Assembly: GCA_002069125.1 (NCBI GenBank)
Contig: MVZN01000008.1
Span: forward strand, 5,643-69,642
DNA length: 64,000 bases
Source: Spirochaetes bacterium ADurb.BinA120
GTDB taxonomy: Bacteria; Spirochaetota; UBA4802; UBA5368
Direction of reading: 5' to 3'
Shown here: positions 50,317-59,118 of the stretch, in pieces
Position numbering within the stretch: position 1 is the first letter of the stretch
Layout: every line of letters begins with the position of its first letter
Notes under the pieces: generated by a model
The model's database searches: none
What the model was told of the DNA's origin: nothing
The model's input: the letters and a program-made list of their open reading frames with translations, nothing else
Position numbers and translations under genes: made by a program

Positions 50317-51380
50317 CCATGTTCCTTATCAAGAAATCCGACGTCGGTAAAATTGCAGAGGAGCTCGCACGGGACCACCAGGTGTACGGCCCCATGATAG
50401 AGAAGGGCTCGGGACAGACCTTTTTCGACCGGGCGGACGATGTGTCCGAAATAAGCCTCTCGGCGCCCATCCCGTCGAATCCGCCCAAATCGGTCGTTTT
50501 TCCGCAGATGGAACGAGTCCTTGCCTACGAGTATGACAGGCCTAAAAATTCGGTAAAGATCGAGCCCGATTACAAGGTCGAGCCCAAGGCCCTTGTGGGG
50601 CTTCGTCCCTGCGACCTGGCGGGCATGTTATGCCTGGACCGCTTCTTTATGGGACAGGAATTCGTCGACGAGGTTTATCTCGCGCACCGCAAAAAGATGT
50701 TCATCGTCACCAACACCTGCGTCGCGCCGTTCAAGCAGTGCTTCTGCGTGTGCACGGACAGCGGCCCGGCGGCAAGCGAGGGCTATGACCTTAACCTCAC
50801 GGACTTAGGCGATGAGTTTCTGGTGGAGACCGGTTCCGAAAAGGGCGCAGTATTCGCGGCCGGGCTCGGCCTTGCGGCCGCCGACGACTCGCACCTGGCG
50901 AGGAAAAAGAAGATAGTGGACAAATCGATCTCTCTCTTCGAGGACATCGCGGTCGATTCAAAGGCCTGGATCTCGCGCGTGATGAACCGCGTAACCACCG
51001 GCTTCGTGAAGGAGGAGGTCTGGGAATACATCGGCGACCAGTGCTTCGAGTGCGGGGCCTGCTCCTTCGTGTGCCCGTCCTGCTCGTGCTTCAACATCGC
51101 CGACGTAACCAACCCGGAATGCGAGGGCTGCGCCGACCGTCTGCGCTCCTGGGATTCGTGCTCCTATGAGGGATATTCGCGCATGGCGGGCGGGCACAAT
51201 CCGCGAAAACCGGTCGAGGACCGGCGCAACAAGCGCTTTTTCTGCAAGCTGTCATATTCGCAGATGAAGAAATATCTCAGGCCGGGATGCGTGGGCTGCG
51301 GGCGCTGCGCCTGGGTGTGTCCCGGCGATATCGGCCTGCCGAACGTCGTGACCTATGTCAGAAGGGAAATTACGAGGTAG
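50313..51380 (+). CDS. Fe-S subunit, AsrA/HydB (sulfhydrogenase beta)-like
   Basis: Multiple Cys clusters (CFCVC; CFECGACSFVCPSCSC; CVGCGRCAWVCP). ATGA overlap with the upstream gene. Confidence 0.65.
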   Translation: MTMFLIKKSDVGKIAEELARDHQVYGPMIEKGSGQTFFDRADDVSEISLSAPIPSNPPKSVVFPQMERVLAYEYDRPKNSVKIEPDYKVEPKALVGLRPCDLAGMLCLDRFFMGQEFVDEVYLAHRKKMFIVTNTCVAPFKQCFCVCTDSGPAASEGYDLNLTDLGDEFLVETGSEKGAVFAAGLGLAAADDSHLARKKKIVDKSISLFEDIAVDSKAWISRVMNRVTTGFVKEEVWEYIGDQCFECGACSFVCPSCSCFNIADVTNPECEGCADRLRSWDSCSYEGYSRMAGGHNPRKPVEDRRNKRFFCKLSYSQMKKYLRPGCVGCGRCAWVCPGDIGLPNVVTYVRREITR

Positions 51381-51389
51381 GGGAATCCT

Positions 51390-52241
51390 ATGAGCCAGGT
51401 ACTGAACATCCAGGACGGTAAGATAGTCACCGTGCCCGAGGTCGCCACGATAGAGGAAATAAGGGACGAGATCCGCGAGGTCAAGACCTTCTACCTCTCG
51501 ATCGACAACAGGGAGATATGGAGCGGCTTCAAGTACAAATCGGGGCAGTTCATCATGCTGACGGTTTTCGGTTCGGGCGAGTTCGCCGTTTCGCTCCCGC
51601 CCAGCCCCGAAAACGACCGGTTTCACATAACGGTTCGGACCGTGGGCAAGGTGACGAGCGCCCTCCACGCCCTCAAGCCCGGCGACAAGGTGGGCATAAG
51701 AGGGCCGTTTGGAAACGGCTTTCCCTTCGAGGAGTTCAAGGGGAAAAACTTAGTGTACGTGGCGGGCGGCATAGGGCTCATCCCGCTTCGTTCGTCCATC
51801 GTCCATGCGCTCCAGCACAAGAAAGACTTTGGCAGGGTGCTGGTGCTGCACGGCGCCCGTACGCCCGACGACCTCATGTATAAGGAAAATCTTAAAGAGT
51901 GGCAGAGCTTCGAAGGCTTCGAGACCTACATCACCGTGGATGTCTCGACTCCGGGCTGGACGGGCGAGACAGGCTTCGTCCATACGCTTTTCGACAAGGC
52001 GAACCTCCCCATCGACAATACGGTCGCCTTCGTATGCGGTCCCCCGGTGATGTTCAATACGGTGATAGGGGAGCTCATGAAGCGGGGCCTTTCGGACGAA
52101 AACATATATTCAACACTCGAGCGGCACATGAAATGCGGAGTGGGAAAGTGCCAGCACTGCGCGGTCGGAAGGACCCTGGTCTGCACCGACGGGCCGGTGT
52201 ACACCTACCGGCAGATAAAGACCCTGGGCGAGGAGATATAG
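51390..52241 (+). CDS. FAD/NAD(P)-binding oxidoreductase with C-terminal 2Fe-2S, AsrB/HydG/PyrK-like
   Basis: FAD site (RFHITVRTVGKVT), NAD(P) site (VYVAGGIGLIPL) and C-terminal CxxxxCxxC (CGVGKCQHCAV). Confidence 0.7.
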   Translation: MSQVLNIQDGKIVTVPEVATIEEIRDEIREVKTFYLSIDNREIWSGFKYKSGQFIMLTVFGSGEFAVSLPPSPENDRFHITVRTVGKVTSALHALKPGDKVGIRGPFGNGFPFEEFKGKNLVYVAGGIGLIPLRSSIVHALQHKKDFGRVLVLHGARTPDDLMYKENLKEWQSFEGFETYITVDVSTPGWTGETGFVHTLFDKANLPIDNTVAFVCGPPVMFNTVIGELMKRGLSDENIYSTLERHMKCGVGKCQHCAVGRTLVCTDGPVYTYRQIKTLGEEI

Positions 52242-52262
52242 CCCGCCGGGGACGGAAAGAGC

Positions 52263-52778
52263 ATGAAGGAACAGGCGGTGAACATCGTGGACGACATCCG
52301 CAGCGCACTCTCGCGAAAGACCTGCATCGTGGGCGTGGGGAACACCCTGCTCGGCGATGATGGCGCGGGCGTGCTTCTCGTCGAGACGCTCAGGCGCGAC
52401 GGCGCGGGCGAACGCGTACACTTAGTCAACGCGGAGGATATCATCGAGAGTCATGCTTTCGAAATCGCGGAAGGCGACTGGGGCACCGTGATAGTGGTGG
52501 ACGCGGTGAGTTTCGGCGGAAGCCCCGGAGACGTAATGTTCGGGGACTTTTCTGAGACAGGCGATTTGCTGAACGATTTCTCGACGCATAAGCTTTCGCT
52601 CAGGCTTTCCGAGTCGATCTGGCGGCAAAGCGGAAAAAAGACCTTTCTCCTCGGCATCCAGCCGGAGGCCGTGGATTTCGGCGAGGGGCTCTCGGAGGCC
52701 GTGCGCAGGAGCGTCGATACGCTCGGCGGCATACTACTCGAAGCAGTTAAACAGCACCCCGAAGGAGCGTGTGTATGA
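52263..52778 (+). CDS. [NiFe]-hydrogenase maturation endopeptidase (HycI/HyaD family)
   Basis: GVGNTLLGDDGAGV motif and 171 aa. Confidence 0.8.
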   Translation: MKEQAVNIVDDIRSALSRKTCIVGVGNTLLGDDGAGVLLVETLRRDGAGERVHLVNAEDIIESHAFEIAEGDWGTVIVVDAVSFGGSPGDVMFGDFSETGDLLNDFSTHKLSLRLSESIWRQSGKKTFLLGIQPEAVDFGEGLSEAVRRSVDTLGGILLEAVKQHPEGACV

Positions 52779-54634
52779 GTGACCTTTATGGAAAACTGAT
52801 TCTCGCGATGGCGATACTCCTCTGTTCGGCGGTCGTTGTGCCGTTTATCGCCGAAAAACGCAAGCTGGCGGGCTGGCTCAACTTCATCTTCGTTGCGGTG
52901 GCGGGCGCCATCCTCCTTTCGATCAGCTACAGCGTGATATTCGTGAAGTCCCTTCCGTCGCGGCTCGTTTCGGTGGGCCCTCTGGATATCTACTTTCTGC
53001 TGGACGGCTTTTCAGGGTTTTTCCTGGGGATAATTTCGCTCATGGCGATCGTAAGCGCGTTCTATTCGATAGAATACATGGAGCATTACGGCGATTACGG
53101 CCTCAGGAGCTACTACGCCAATTATCCAATTTTCGTACTGGGCATGGCGGGCATCGTTACGGTCGACGATCTTACTACGGGCTTTTCCATCGCATGGCAG
53201 GCGATGACCATTACGAGCTATTTTCTCGTGCGCTTCGAACATCGAAAAAAAGAGATCGTAAAGGCCGCCAACAAGTACCTCGTCCTCATGGAGCTTGCAT
53301 GGCTCTTCATAGTGATCGCCGCCCTCGCGGCGGGAAGCTCCATGGGCGATTCGGTGCACTCGGTCACCCGCCTCATCGGCGAGACCGGGGGCGCGCTTCC
53401 CTATCTCATCTACGGACTCGTCTTCCTGGGGTTCGGCTTTAAGGCCGCGGTCTTTCCGTTCGGACAGATGTGGCTGCCGGACGCGCACTCCATCGCCCCT
53501 TCGCCCATAAGCGCGCTCCTTTCGGGGGTGATGATAAAGACCGGCGTCTATGGGATCATCCGATCGTTTTTCTGGATGGTGCCGCACTCCGATACCTTTC
53601 ACTTCAGCGGGGCCTTCTGGGGCGCGCTCATCGCCTCCTTCGGCGTGGTCACGCTCTTTATCGGCACGGTGCAGTCCATGAAGCAGAGCCAGTCGAAGCG
53701 GCTGCTGGCTTATTCCTCGATAGGGCAGGTGGGCTATATCATCTTCGGAATCGGCGCCGCCCTCTTCATGGTAAACGCCGAGAGCGCCGCGCTTAAAATG
53801 CTCGGCCTCATAGCGCTCGTCGGGGTGGTGTATCACATACTCAATCACGCGGTGTTCAAGGGGCTGCTCTTTCTTACAAGCGGCAGCGTGCTCTACAGCA
53901 CCGGGACCAAGGACCTCAACAGGTTAGGCGGGCTTATAAACCTCATGCCGGTCACCGCGTTTGTCGCCGGCATAGCCTCCCTGTCCATCTCGGGGGTCCC
54001 TCCGTTCAGCGGTTTCGTGAGCAAATGGACGCTTGTGTCCACTTCGCTTCTTGCCGGAAGCGAGGTGCTGTTCCTTGTCATCTTCGGCATCGTGGCGCTC
54101 TTTACGAGCGCGGTGACGCTTGCGTGTTATGTGAAATTTTTTGGCATGACCTTCACCTCGGCGGGGGCCGAGTGGGGGGTGGGCAGGGAGGTCAGGGAGG
54201 TCCCCGCGGGCATGCTTATCCCCAAGCTCTTTCTTACGGCGCTGTGCCTGCTCCAGGGGCTCATCCCCTTCTTCTACTTCCAGACCATAATAGGCATATT
54301 CGCGGGTTCCGGGGGCTCCCTCATTTCGGCGGCTTTCAGGAACCTGAACGTGCAGGGCCACGTATTCAACTCGGCCATGGGCGTGTCGGTGGGAATTCCG
54401 GGGCTTTCCGCCGTCTCGTCGATCGCGGTTCCCGCGGTGCTTCTTGCGGTTTTCGCGGCGGCGTTCGTCGTCGTAGCTTTTTTAAGAAAGTCCGGCGGAT
54501 CGAAGGAACGCGAGGTCCCGACATGGCTCTGCGGTTATCAGGACCTGCACGATAAAAACAGGTACCGCGACAAGAGCATGTTCGCGGCGCTAAAAAACCT
54601 TCTGTATTGGACCGGCGGAAACGTAAAGGAATAA
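52775..54634 (+). CDS. Hydrogenase membrane subunit, HycC/HyfB (NuoL/antiporter-like) family
   Basis: About 14 TM helices with the NuoL/MrpA-like core. The ATG at 52775 has a GGAG RBS and overlaps the protease stop. Confidence 0.8.
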   Translation: MSDLYGKLILAMAILLCSAVVVPFIAEKRKLAGWLNFIFVAVAGAILLSISYSVIFVKSLPSRLVSVGPLDIYFLLDGFSGFFLGIISLMAIVSAFYSIEYMEHYGDYGLRSYYANYPIFVLGMAGIVTVDDLTTGFSIAWQAMTITSYFLVRFEHRKKEIVKAANKYLVLMELAWLFIVIAALAAGSSMGDSVHSVTRLIGETGGALPYLIYGLVFLGFGFKAAVFPFGQMWLPDAHSIAPSPISALLSGVMIKTGVYGIIRSFFWMVPHSDTFHFSGAFWGALIASFGVVTLFIGTVQSMKQSQSKRLLAYSSIGQVGYIIFGIGAALFMVNAESAALKMLGLIALVGVVYHILNHAVFKGLLFLTSGSVLYSTGTKDLNRLGGLINLMPVTAFVAGIASLSISGVPPFSGFVSKWTLVSTSLLAGSEVLFLVIFGIVALFTSAVTLACYVKFFGMTFTSAGAEWGVGREVREVPAGMLIPKLFLTALCLLQGLIPFFYFQTIIGIFAGSGGSLISAAFRNLNVQGHVFNSAMGVSVGIPGLSAVSSIAVPAVLLAVFAAAFVVVAFLRKSGGSKEREVPTWLCGYQDLHDKNRYRDKSMFAALKNLLYWTGGNVKE

Positions 54635-54665
54635 AAGGGGCCATCCTTATTTAACGAGGTACGCT

Positions 54666-56339
54666 ATGCCAGGCATTGAAGAGATCAAAAACGGCTTGAA
54701 GAAGGGTTTTAAGGACGCCGTCGTCTCGGTCGAGGAGCAGAACCCGACGCGGATGTTCGTTGATATAAAAAGCGCCAAGGTGCGCGATGTTTCCAACGCG
54801 ATCGTCGCGATGGGCGGGCGCTATCTTGTAAGCGTGGGCTACGACAATATCGCGCGTGACGGCACGCTGGGGATGATCCACACCTTCGGCTTCGACCGCG
54901 ACGGCATTTATCTGGCCCTTCGCACGTCGGTGCCCGAATCGAAGCCCGAGATGGACTCCATAACGCCGGATATTCCAAACGCCGGCTGGTCCGAGCGGGA
55001 ATATATGGACCTGTTGGGGATGAGGTTTTCCGGGCACCCCAAACCGAAGAGGCTCGTTCTTGCCGACGACTGGCCCGAGGGCGTGCATCCCCTTCGAAAG
55101 GACATCCCCTGGAACCTCATGCCGCCGGCGGCGGAGGACGTCGCCTACCAACTCGACGAGTGCCCCGAGGGCTGCAGTATAGTCCCGCTCGGGCCGTATC
55201 ATCCCACCCTGCACGAGCCGGAGCACTTCGCCATCTACGTCGATGGGGAGACAGTAAAGGGGTGCGATTACCGCGGTTTTATGACGCACCGCGGAATCGA
55301 AAAGCTGTGCCAGACGCAGCTTACGTACAATGAGGTGCCGTTCGTCGCGGAGCGCATCTGCGGCATCTGCGGCTCGGTCCACGCCACCAGCTATTCGCAG
55401 GCGGTTGAGCTTGCGGGCGGCATAAAAATTTCCCGCAGGGCCGAGTACATCCGCACCATAATGCTCGAGATCGAGCGCATACACTCGCACCTATTGTGGC
55501 TTGGGGTCGCAGGCCACCTCATTGGTTTCGACACGGTCTTCATGCAGTCGTGGCGCATTCGCGAGCCCGTCATGTGGCTCGGAGAGAGGATCACCGGAAA
55601 CAGGAAGACCTATGGGATGATCGTTATCGGCGGAGTGCGCCGGGACATTACGGACGAAATGAAAGACGATATACGGAATGTGATCGGGACGATCGAAAAG
55701 GAGCTTCTGACCGTTCAGAAGGCGATACAGGGCGACACGGCGATTCACAGGCGAACAAGGGGCGTCGGTTACATCTCCACCGATGATACGAAGCTCTGGA
55801 GCCTGGTAGGCCCGGTCGCCAGGGCGCGGAACGTGGACATCGACGTTCGCCGCGACTACCCGTACGCCGCCTACGATGAGATGAAGTTCGACGTTCCGGT
55901 CTTCGATTCAAACGACGTGTGGGCCACCGTGCTGGTTCGCCTGGTCGAGACCTTCGAGGCGATCAAGATCATACGCCAGTGCCTGGACAAAATGCCGAAC
56001 GACGGCCCGGTTCTTACCGAGCTCGATGCGCCCATCCCGGCGCTGAAGCACGGCCTGGCGGCGGTGGAGGCCCCGCGCGGCGAGGTGGTGCACTATGTCA
56101 TCACCGGCGAAAAGAACGCCCCCGAGCGCTGGCGGGTGCGCGCCCCTACCTATCCCAATCTCCAGGGGGTCCCGCTCATGCTTTTGAACAACCAGCTCGC
56201 CGACGTGCCGATCATCATCGGGAGCATAGACCCATGCTTTTCGTGCACCGACCGGATGGAGGTAGTGGACCTGAGATCGGGTGCGGCGAAGATCGCCTCG
56301 CAGGTCGAGCTCGAAGAGCTCTCACGGAACAAAAGGTAG
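54666..56339 (+). CDS. Group-4 [NiFe]-hydrogenase large subunit, fused NuoC-NuoD type (HycE-like)
   Basis: N-terminal NuoC-like domain, Ni-Fe site cysteines RICGICGSVH and DPCFSCTDR, and a C-terminal extension consistent with HycI-type processing. Confidence 0.85.
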   Translation: MPGIEEIKNGLKKGFKDAVVSVEEQNPTRMFVDIKSAKVRDVSNAIVAMGGRYLVSVGYDNIARDGTLGMIHTFGFDRDGIYLALRTSVPESKPEMDSITPDIPNAGWSEREYMDLLGMRFSGHPKPKRLVLADDWPEGVHPLRKDIPWNLMPPAAEDVAYQLDECPEGCSIVPLGPYHPTLHEPEHFAIYVDGETVKGCDYRGFMTHRGIEKLCQTQLTYNEVPFVAERICGICGSVHATSYSQAVELAGGIKISRRAEYIRTIMLEIERIHSHLLWLGVAGHLIGFDTVFMQSWRIREPVMWLGERITGNRKTYGMIVIGGVRRDITDEMKDDIRNVIGTIEKELLTVQKAIQGDTAIHRRTRGVGYISTDDTKLWSLVGPVARARNVDIDVRRDYPYAAYDEMKFDVPVFDSNDVWATVLVRLVETFEAIKIIRQCLDKMPNDGPVLTELDAPIPALKHGLAAVEAPRGEVVHYVITGEKNAPERWRVRAPTYPNLQGVPLMLLNNQLADVPIIIGSIDPCFSCTDRMEVVDLRSGAAKIASQVELEELSRNKR

Positions 56340-56349
56340 AGGAAAGACC

Positions 56350-57249
56350 ATGGATATCCTGACAGCCGTGATCAACGCGTTGATTTTCCTGGCGCTGGCC
56401 CCGTTTTTCGAGGGTGTCATACGAAGGCTTTACGCCAGGGTGCAGTCCCGAAAGGGGCCGCCGCTCATTCAGCCCTATCTCGATCTCCTTAAGCTTCTGG
56501 GCAAGGAGACGCTTTCGGCCGGAAACTGGGCCTTCAGGATCGCACCGATGATGGCGCTGGCGTCCATAATTACGGTGGTGTCGATAATGCCCCTCGGCTA
56601 CAGGGCGGGATACCTGACCCAATACGGCGACATCATCACGGTCATATATCTGCTCATGCTCGGCGGGGTGTCGGTGCTTCTGGGGGCGCTCTCCAGCAAA
56701 AACACATACGCCATGTTAGGGGCGAGCCGCGAGATGGTGACCATGATAATGATCGAGCCGGTCCTGGCCATGACCCTTATATTAGGCGCGCTGAAGGCGA
56801 AAAGCCTTGCGATCGACGCGAGCCTTTCGAGCTCCCTTAACGGCGCTTACGGCATTTCGATGGTGCTCATGCTCGTCGTTTTTCTGATGGCGCTCCAGGC
56901 CTTTGTGGCCAGGCAGCCCTTCGATATTGCCGAGGCGGAGGTCGAGATTATGGAGGGCCCGTTTATCGAATACAGCGGCCCGGGGCTGGCGCTCTTCAAG
57001 TATTACATGATGATTAAGCAGATGTTCTACGCGGCGCTTTTCGCTGCGGTGTTCGTTCCGCTGGTCAACACCGGCTATTATATCGTGGATGTGGCGGTCC
57101 AGCTTGTCGAGATTCTGGCGGTCTTCGTGCTGATCTCGCTCCTCGGCTCGACCAACCCGCGCTTGCGCATAGACCAGGCGGTTAAGTATTATGCCGTGCT
57201 AATATTCGCTTCGCTCGCGGCCGTGGGGCTTACGGCGTACGGAATTTAG
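56350..57249 (+). CDS. Hydrogenase membrane subunit HycD/NuoH-like
   Basis: Polytopic NuoH-family membrane protein with RKGPPLIQPYLDLLKLL. GAGGA RBS. Confidence 0.8.
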   Translation: MDILTAVINALIFLALAPFFEGVIRRLYARVQSRKGPPLIQPYLDLLKLLGKETLSAGNWAFRIAPMMALASIITVVSIMPLGYRAGYLTQYGDIITVIYLLMLGGVSVLLGALSSKNTYAMLGASREMVTMIMIEPVLAMTLILGALKAKSLAIDASLSSSLNGAYGISMVLMLVVFLMALQAFVARQPFDIAEAEVEIMEGPFIEYSGPGLALFKYYMMIKQMFYAALFAAVFVPLVNTGYYIVDVAVQLVEILAVFVLISLLGSTNPRLRIDQAVKYYAVLIFASLAAVGLTAYGI

Positions 57250-57376
57250 AAGATTAAAGATTAGAAGATTAGAAGATTGGAAGATTTGAAGATTATGGAT
57301 AGCATAATGACCGAATTCAAGACGAGTGATTTCCTGCTCAATAGATCTTTTAATCTTGAATCTTAAATCTTAAATC
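57250..57376 (+). repeat. Intergenic element A: direct array of 6 AAGATTA-like heptamers, roughly 47-nt spacer, inverted array of about 4 heptamers
   Basis: The direct array aagattaaagattagaagattagaagattggaagatttgaagatta (57250-57296) starts at the hycD-like stop. The inverted array atcttttaatcttgaatcttaaatcttaaatcc (57344-57376) ends just before the AAGGAG RBS of the hycF-like gene. Confidence 0.6.
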
Positions 57377-57390
57377 CAAGGAGAAACACC

Positions 57391-57936
57391 GTGTGGCTGA
57401 CAAGTAAGATAAAACAGGTATTCATGGTGGCCAAACCCGGAGTGGTGACGCTTCAATATCCTTTCGAGCCGCGCCCGGCTCCGGAGAATTTTCGGGGCCA
57501 GCCCTACTGGGACCATCACAAGTGCATTGGATGCGGCGGCTGTGCGGCCCACTGTCCGGCGCGCACCATACTTGTGCGGGACCTTTGCCAGGAGCTTCGA
57601 GTGATGGTCTACGACGGCTCCCGATGCACCTACTGCGGAAGGTGCGCCGACGTGTGTCCCGAGGACGCCATCACCATGACGGCAAGCTACGAGCTGGCTA
57701 CCGGCAGCAAAGAGGACGTAAACGAGACCATGGAGCTCTTTATGGCGACCTGTCAGCGATGCGGCCGTTGTTACGACCACGAGATCACCAACGCGATCGA
57801 TCGCATGTCGAGGATAGGGTTCAAGTACGACAGCCTGGAGATGAGGGCGGTGGTGCCGGTGAGCTCCGAGCAGTTCGACATGAAGCTGTATGAAAAAACC
57901 GAAAAAATCAAAAGGCCGGAAAAGGCGGGAGAATAG
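57391..57936 (+). CDS. Hydrogenase Fe-S subunit HycF/NuoI-like (two 4Fe-4S)
   Basis: CIGCGGCAAHCP and CTYCGRCADVCP ferredoxin motifs plus a further CQRCGRC. GTG start with an AAGGAG RBS. Confidence 0.8.
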   Translation: MWLTSKIKQVFMVAKPGVVTLQYPFEPRPAPENFRGQPYWDHHKCIGCGGCAAHCPARTILVRDLCQELRVMVYDGSRCTYCGRCADVCPEDAITMTASYELATGSKEDVNETMELFMATCQRCGRCYDHEITNAIDRMSRIGFKYDSLEMRAVVPVSSEQFDMKLYEKTEKIKRPEKAGE

Positions 57937-57938
57937 CC

Positions 57939-58469
57939 ATGCTTGCCAACCTGATCAAAAAGGCGTTTCCCAGATCCCTGTGGGTTTATCATTGCAACTC
58001 GGGAGCGTGCAACGGCTGCGACATCGAGATCCTGAACGTGCTGACCCCTTATTACGATATCGAGCGTTTCGGCATGAAGCTTGTGGGCTCGCCCCGGCAC
58101 GCCGATGTCATGCTCATTTCCGGCGCCGTGACGAGACCGACTCTTCCGATAGTCAAGAAGGCCTATGAAGCGATTCCCGCCCCGAAACTTGTCTTCGGAG
58201 TTGGTTCGTGCGCCGTGGGCGGGGGCTGCTGGTTCGACTGCTACAATGTTACGGGCGGCGCGGACAAGGCCGTGCCGATCGATTATTACATTCCCGGCTG
58301 CCCGCCGCGTCCGGAGGCGATTATCTACGGGGTGGCGCTCGCGCTTGGACTTGTCGAAAAGAAGGTCGCCCCCATAGAGCTCAAGCAGATGGAGTTTCCG
58401 ATCGACATGTACGAGCGGAACAAGGCCTGGGAAGAGCGCAATGTCATATACGAGTTGATTAAAGATTAA
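57939..58469 (+). CDS. Group-4 [NiFe]-hydrogenase small subunit HycG/NuoB-like
   Basis: NuoB-family cysteines (CNGCD; GSCAVGGG; CPPRP). Confidence 0.85.
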   Translation: MLANLIKKAFPRSLWVYHCNSGACNGCDIEILNVLTPYYDIERFGMKLVGSPRHADVMLISGAVTRPTLPIVKKAYEAIPAPKLVFGVGSCAVGGGCWFDCYNVTGGADKAVPIDYYIPGCPPRPEAIIYGVALALGLVEKKVAPIELKQMEFPIDMYERNKAWEERNVIYELIKD

Positions 58470-58578
58470 TAGATTAAAGATTATAAGATTAAAGATAATC
58501 GGCGGCATGACGCCTGGTTTGCCGGAAAGGACTTGCCGCCAGGCGAATGTCTTAATCTTGAACTCATAATCTTTAATA
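58457..58578 (+). repeat. Intergenic element B: direct array of about 5 AAGATTA heptamers overlapping the hycG-like stop, roughly 51-nt GC-rich spacer hairpin, inverted array of about 2 heptamers
   Basis: Direct array ttgattaaagattaatagattaaagattataagattaaagataatc. The spacer ggcggcatgacgcctggtttgccggaaaggacttgccgccagg is self-complementary. Inverted array cttaatcttgaactcataatctttaata. Same design as element A. Confidence 0.6.
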
Positions 58579-58604
58579 CGCAATCCATAACCCTGGAGCG
58601 AGAC

Positions 58605-59006
58605 ATGGCAAAAAAGATACTCTTGGTTGATGACGACAGCGACCTGGTGGCCAGCCTTTCGCAGGCGCTTACAATGAATGGATATGAGGTGTCGGTTGCC
58701 TACAGCGGCGCCGAGGGCCTCGCGAGACTTCTTGAGGTAAGGCCGGACCTCATGATTCTCGACGTTATGATGGAGACCGACACCGCCGGGTTCGAAATGA
58801 CCTATCAGATCCGCGGTACGCGGCCCACGTCCAAATATCGAGACGTGAAGGACACCCCAATAATCATGCTGACAGCCATAAACCAGGTCACCAATTCCAG
58901 GTTCTCGCTAAACGAAGGCCAGAGCTTTCTTCCCGGCGTGAACGATTTCCTCACCAAACCGGTGAAGATCGACGAACTACTCGATAAGGTGAAAAAGCAG
59001 ATTTAG
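58605..59006 (+). CDS. Single-domain response regulator receiver (CheY-like)
   Basis: KILLVDDD...DLMILDVMM...KP receiver signature; 133 aa; no output domain. Confidence 0.8.
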   Translation: MAKKILLVDDDSDLVASLSQALTMNGYEVSVAYSGAEGLARLLEVRPDLMILDVMMETDTAGFEMTYQIRGTRPTSKYRDVKDTPIIMLTAINQVTNSRFSLNEGQSFLPGVNDFLTKPVKIDELLDKVKKQI

Positions 59007-59073
59007 CGGAAAAATGCCTTGCCCTCTGGGCGCCTCTGGTTTCACGATACTACACGTTATGGATAATCGTATA

Positions 59074-59103
59074 AGGGGATATCATTGGATATCCCCCTTT
59101 TCT
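59074..59103 (+). terminator. Candidate intrinsic terminator (ggggatatc-attg-gatatcccc followed by CTTTTCT)
   Basis: Perfect 9-bp stem with a 4-nt loop, about 70 nt after the receiver stop, followed by a T-rich tract. Confidence 0.45.
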
Positions 59104-59118
59104 ATGGCGGGCTATTCG

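Noticed and set aside
53012-55490. Minus-strand ORFs 53012..53848 and 54651..55490 within the hydrogenase operon
   Set aside because: They lie antisense to the HycC-like and HycE-like genes, which are unambiguous. Their composition is Arg/His-rich.
57250-57300. AAGATTA arrays as a possible CRISPR array
   Set aside because: The units are 7-8 nt with no spacers of 25-40 nt and no cas genes. The second copy is inverted. They are not CRISPR.
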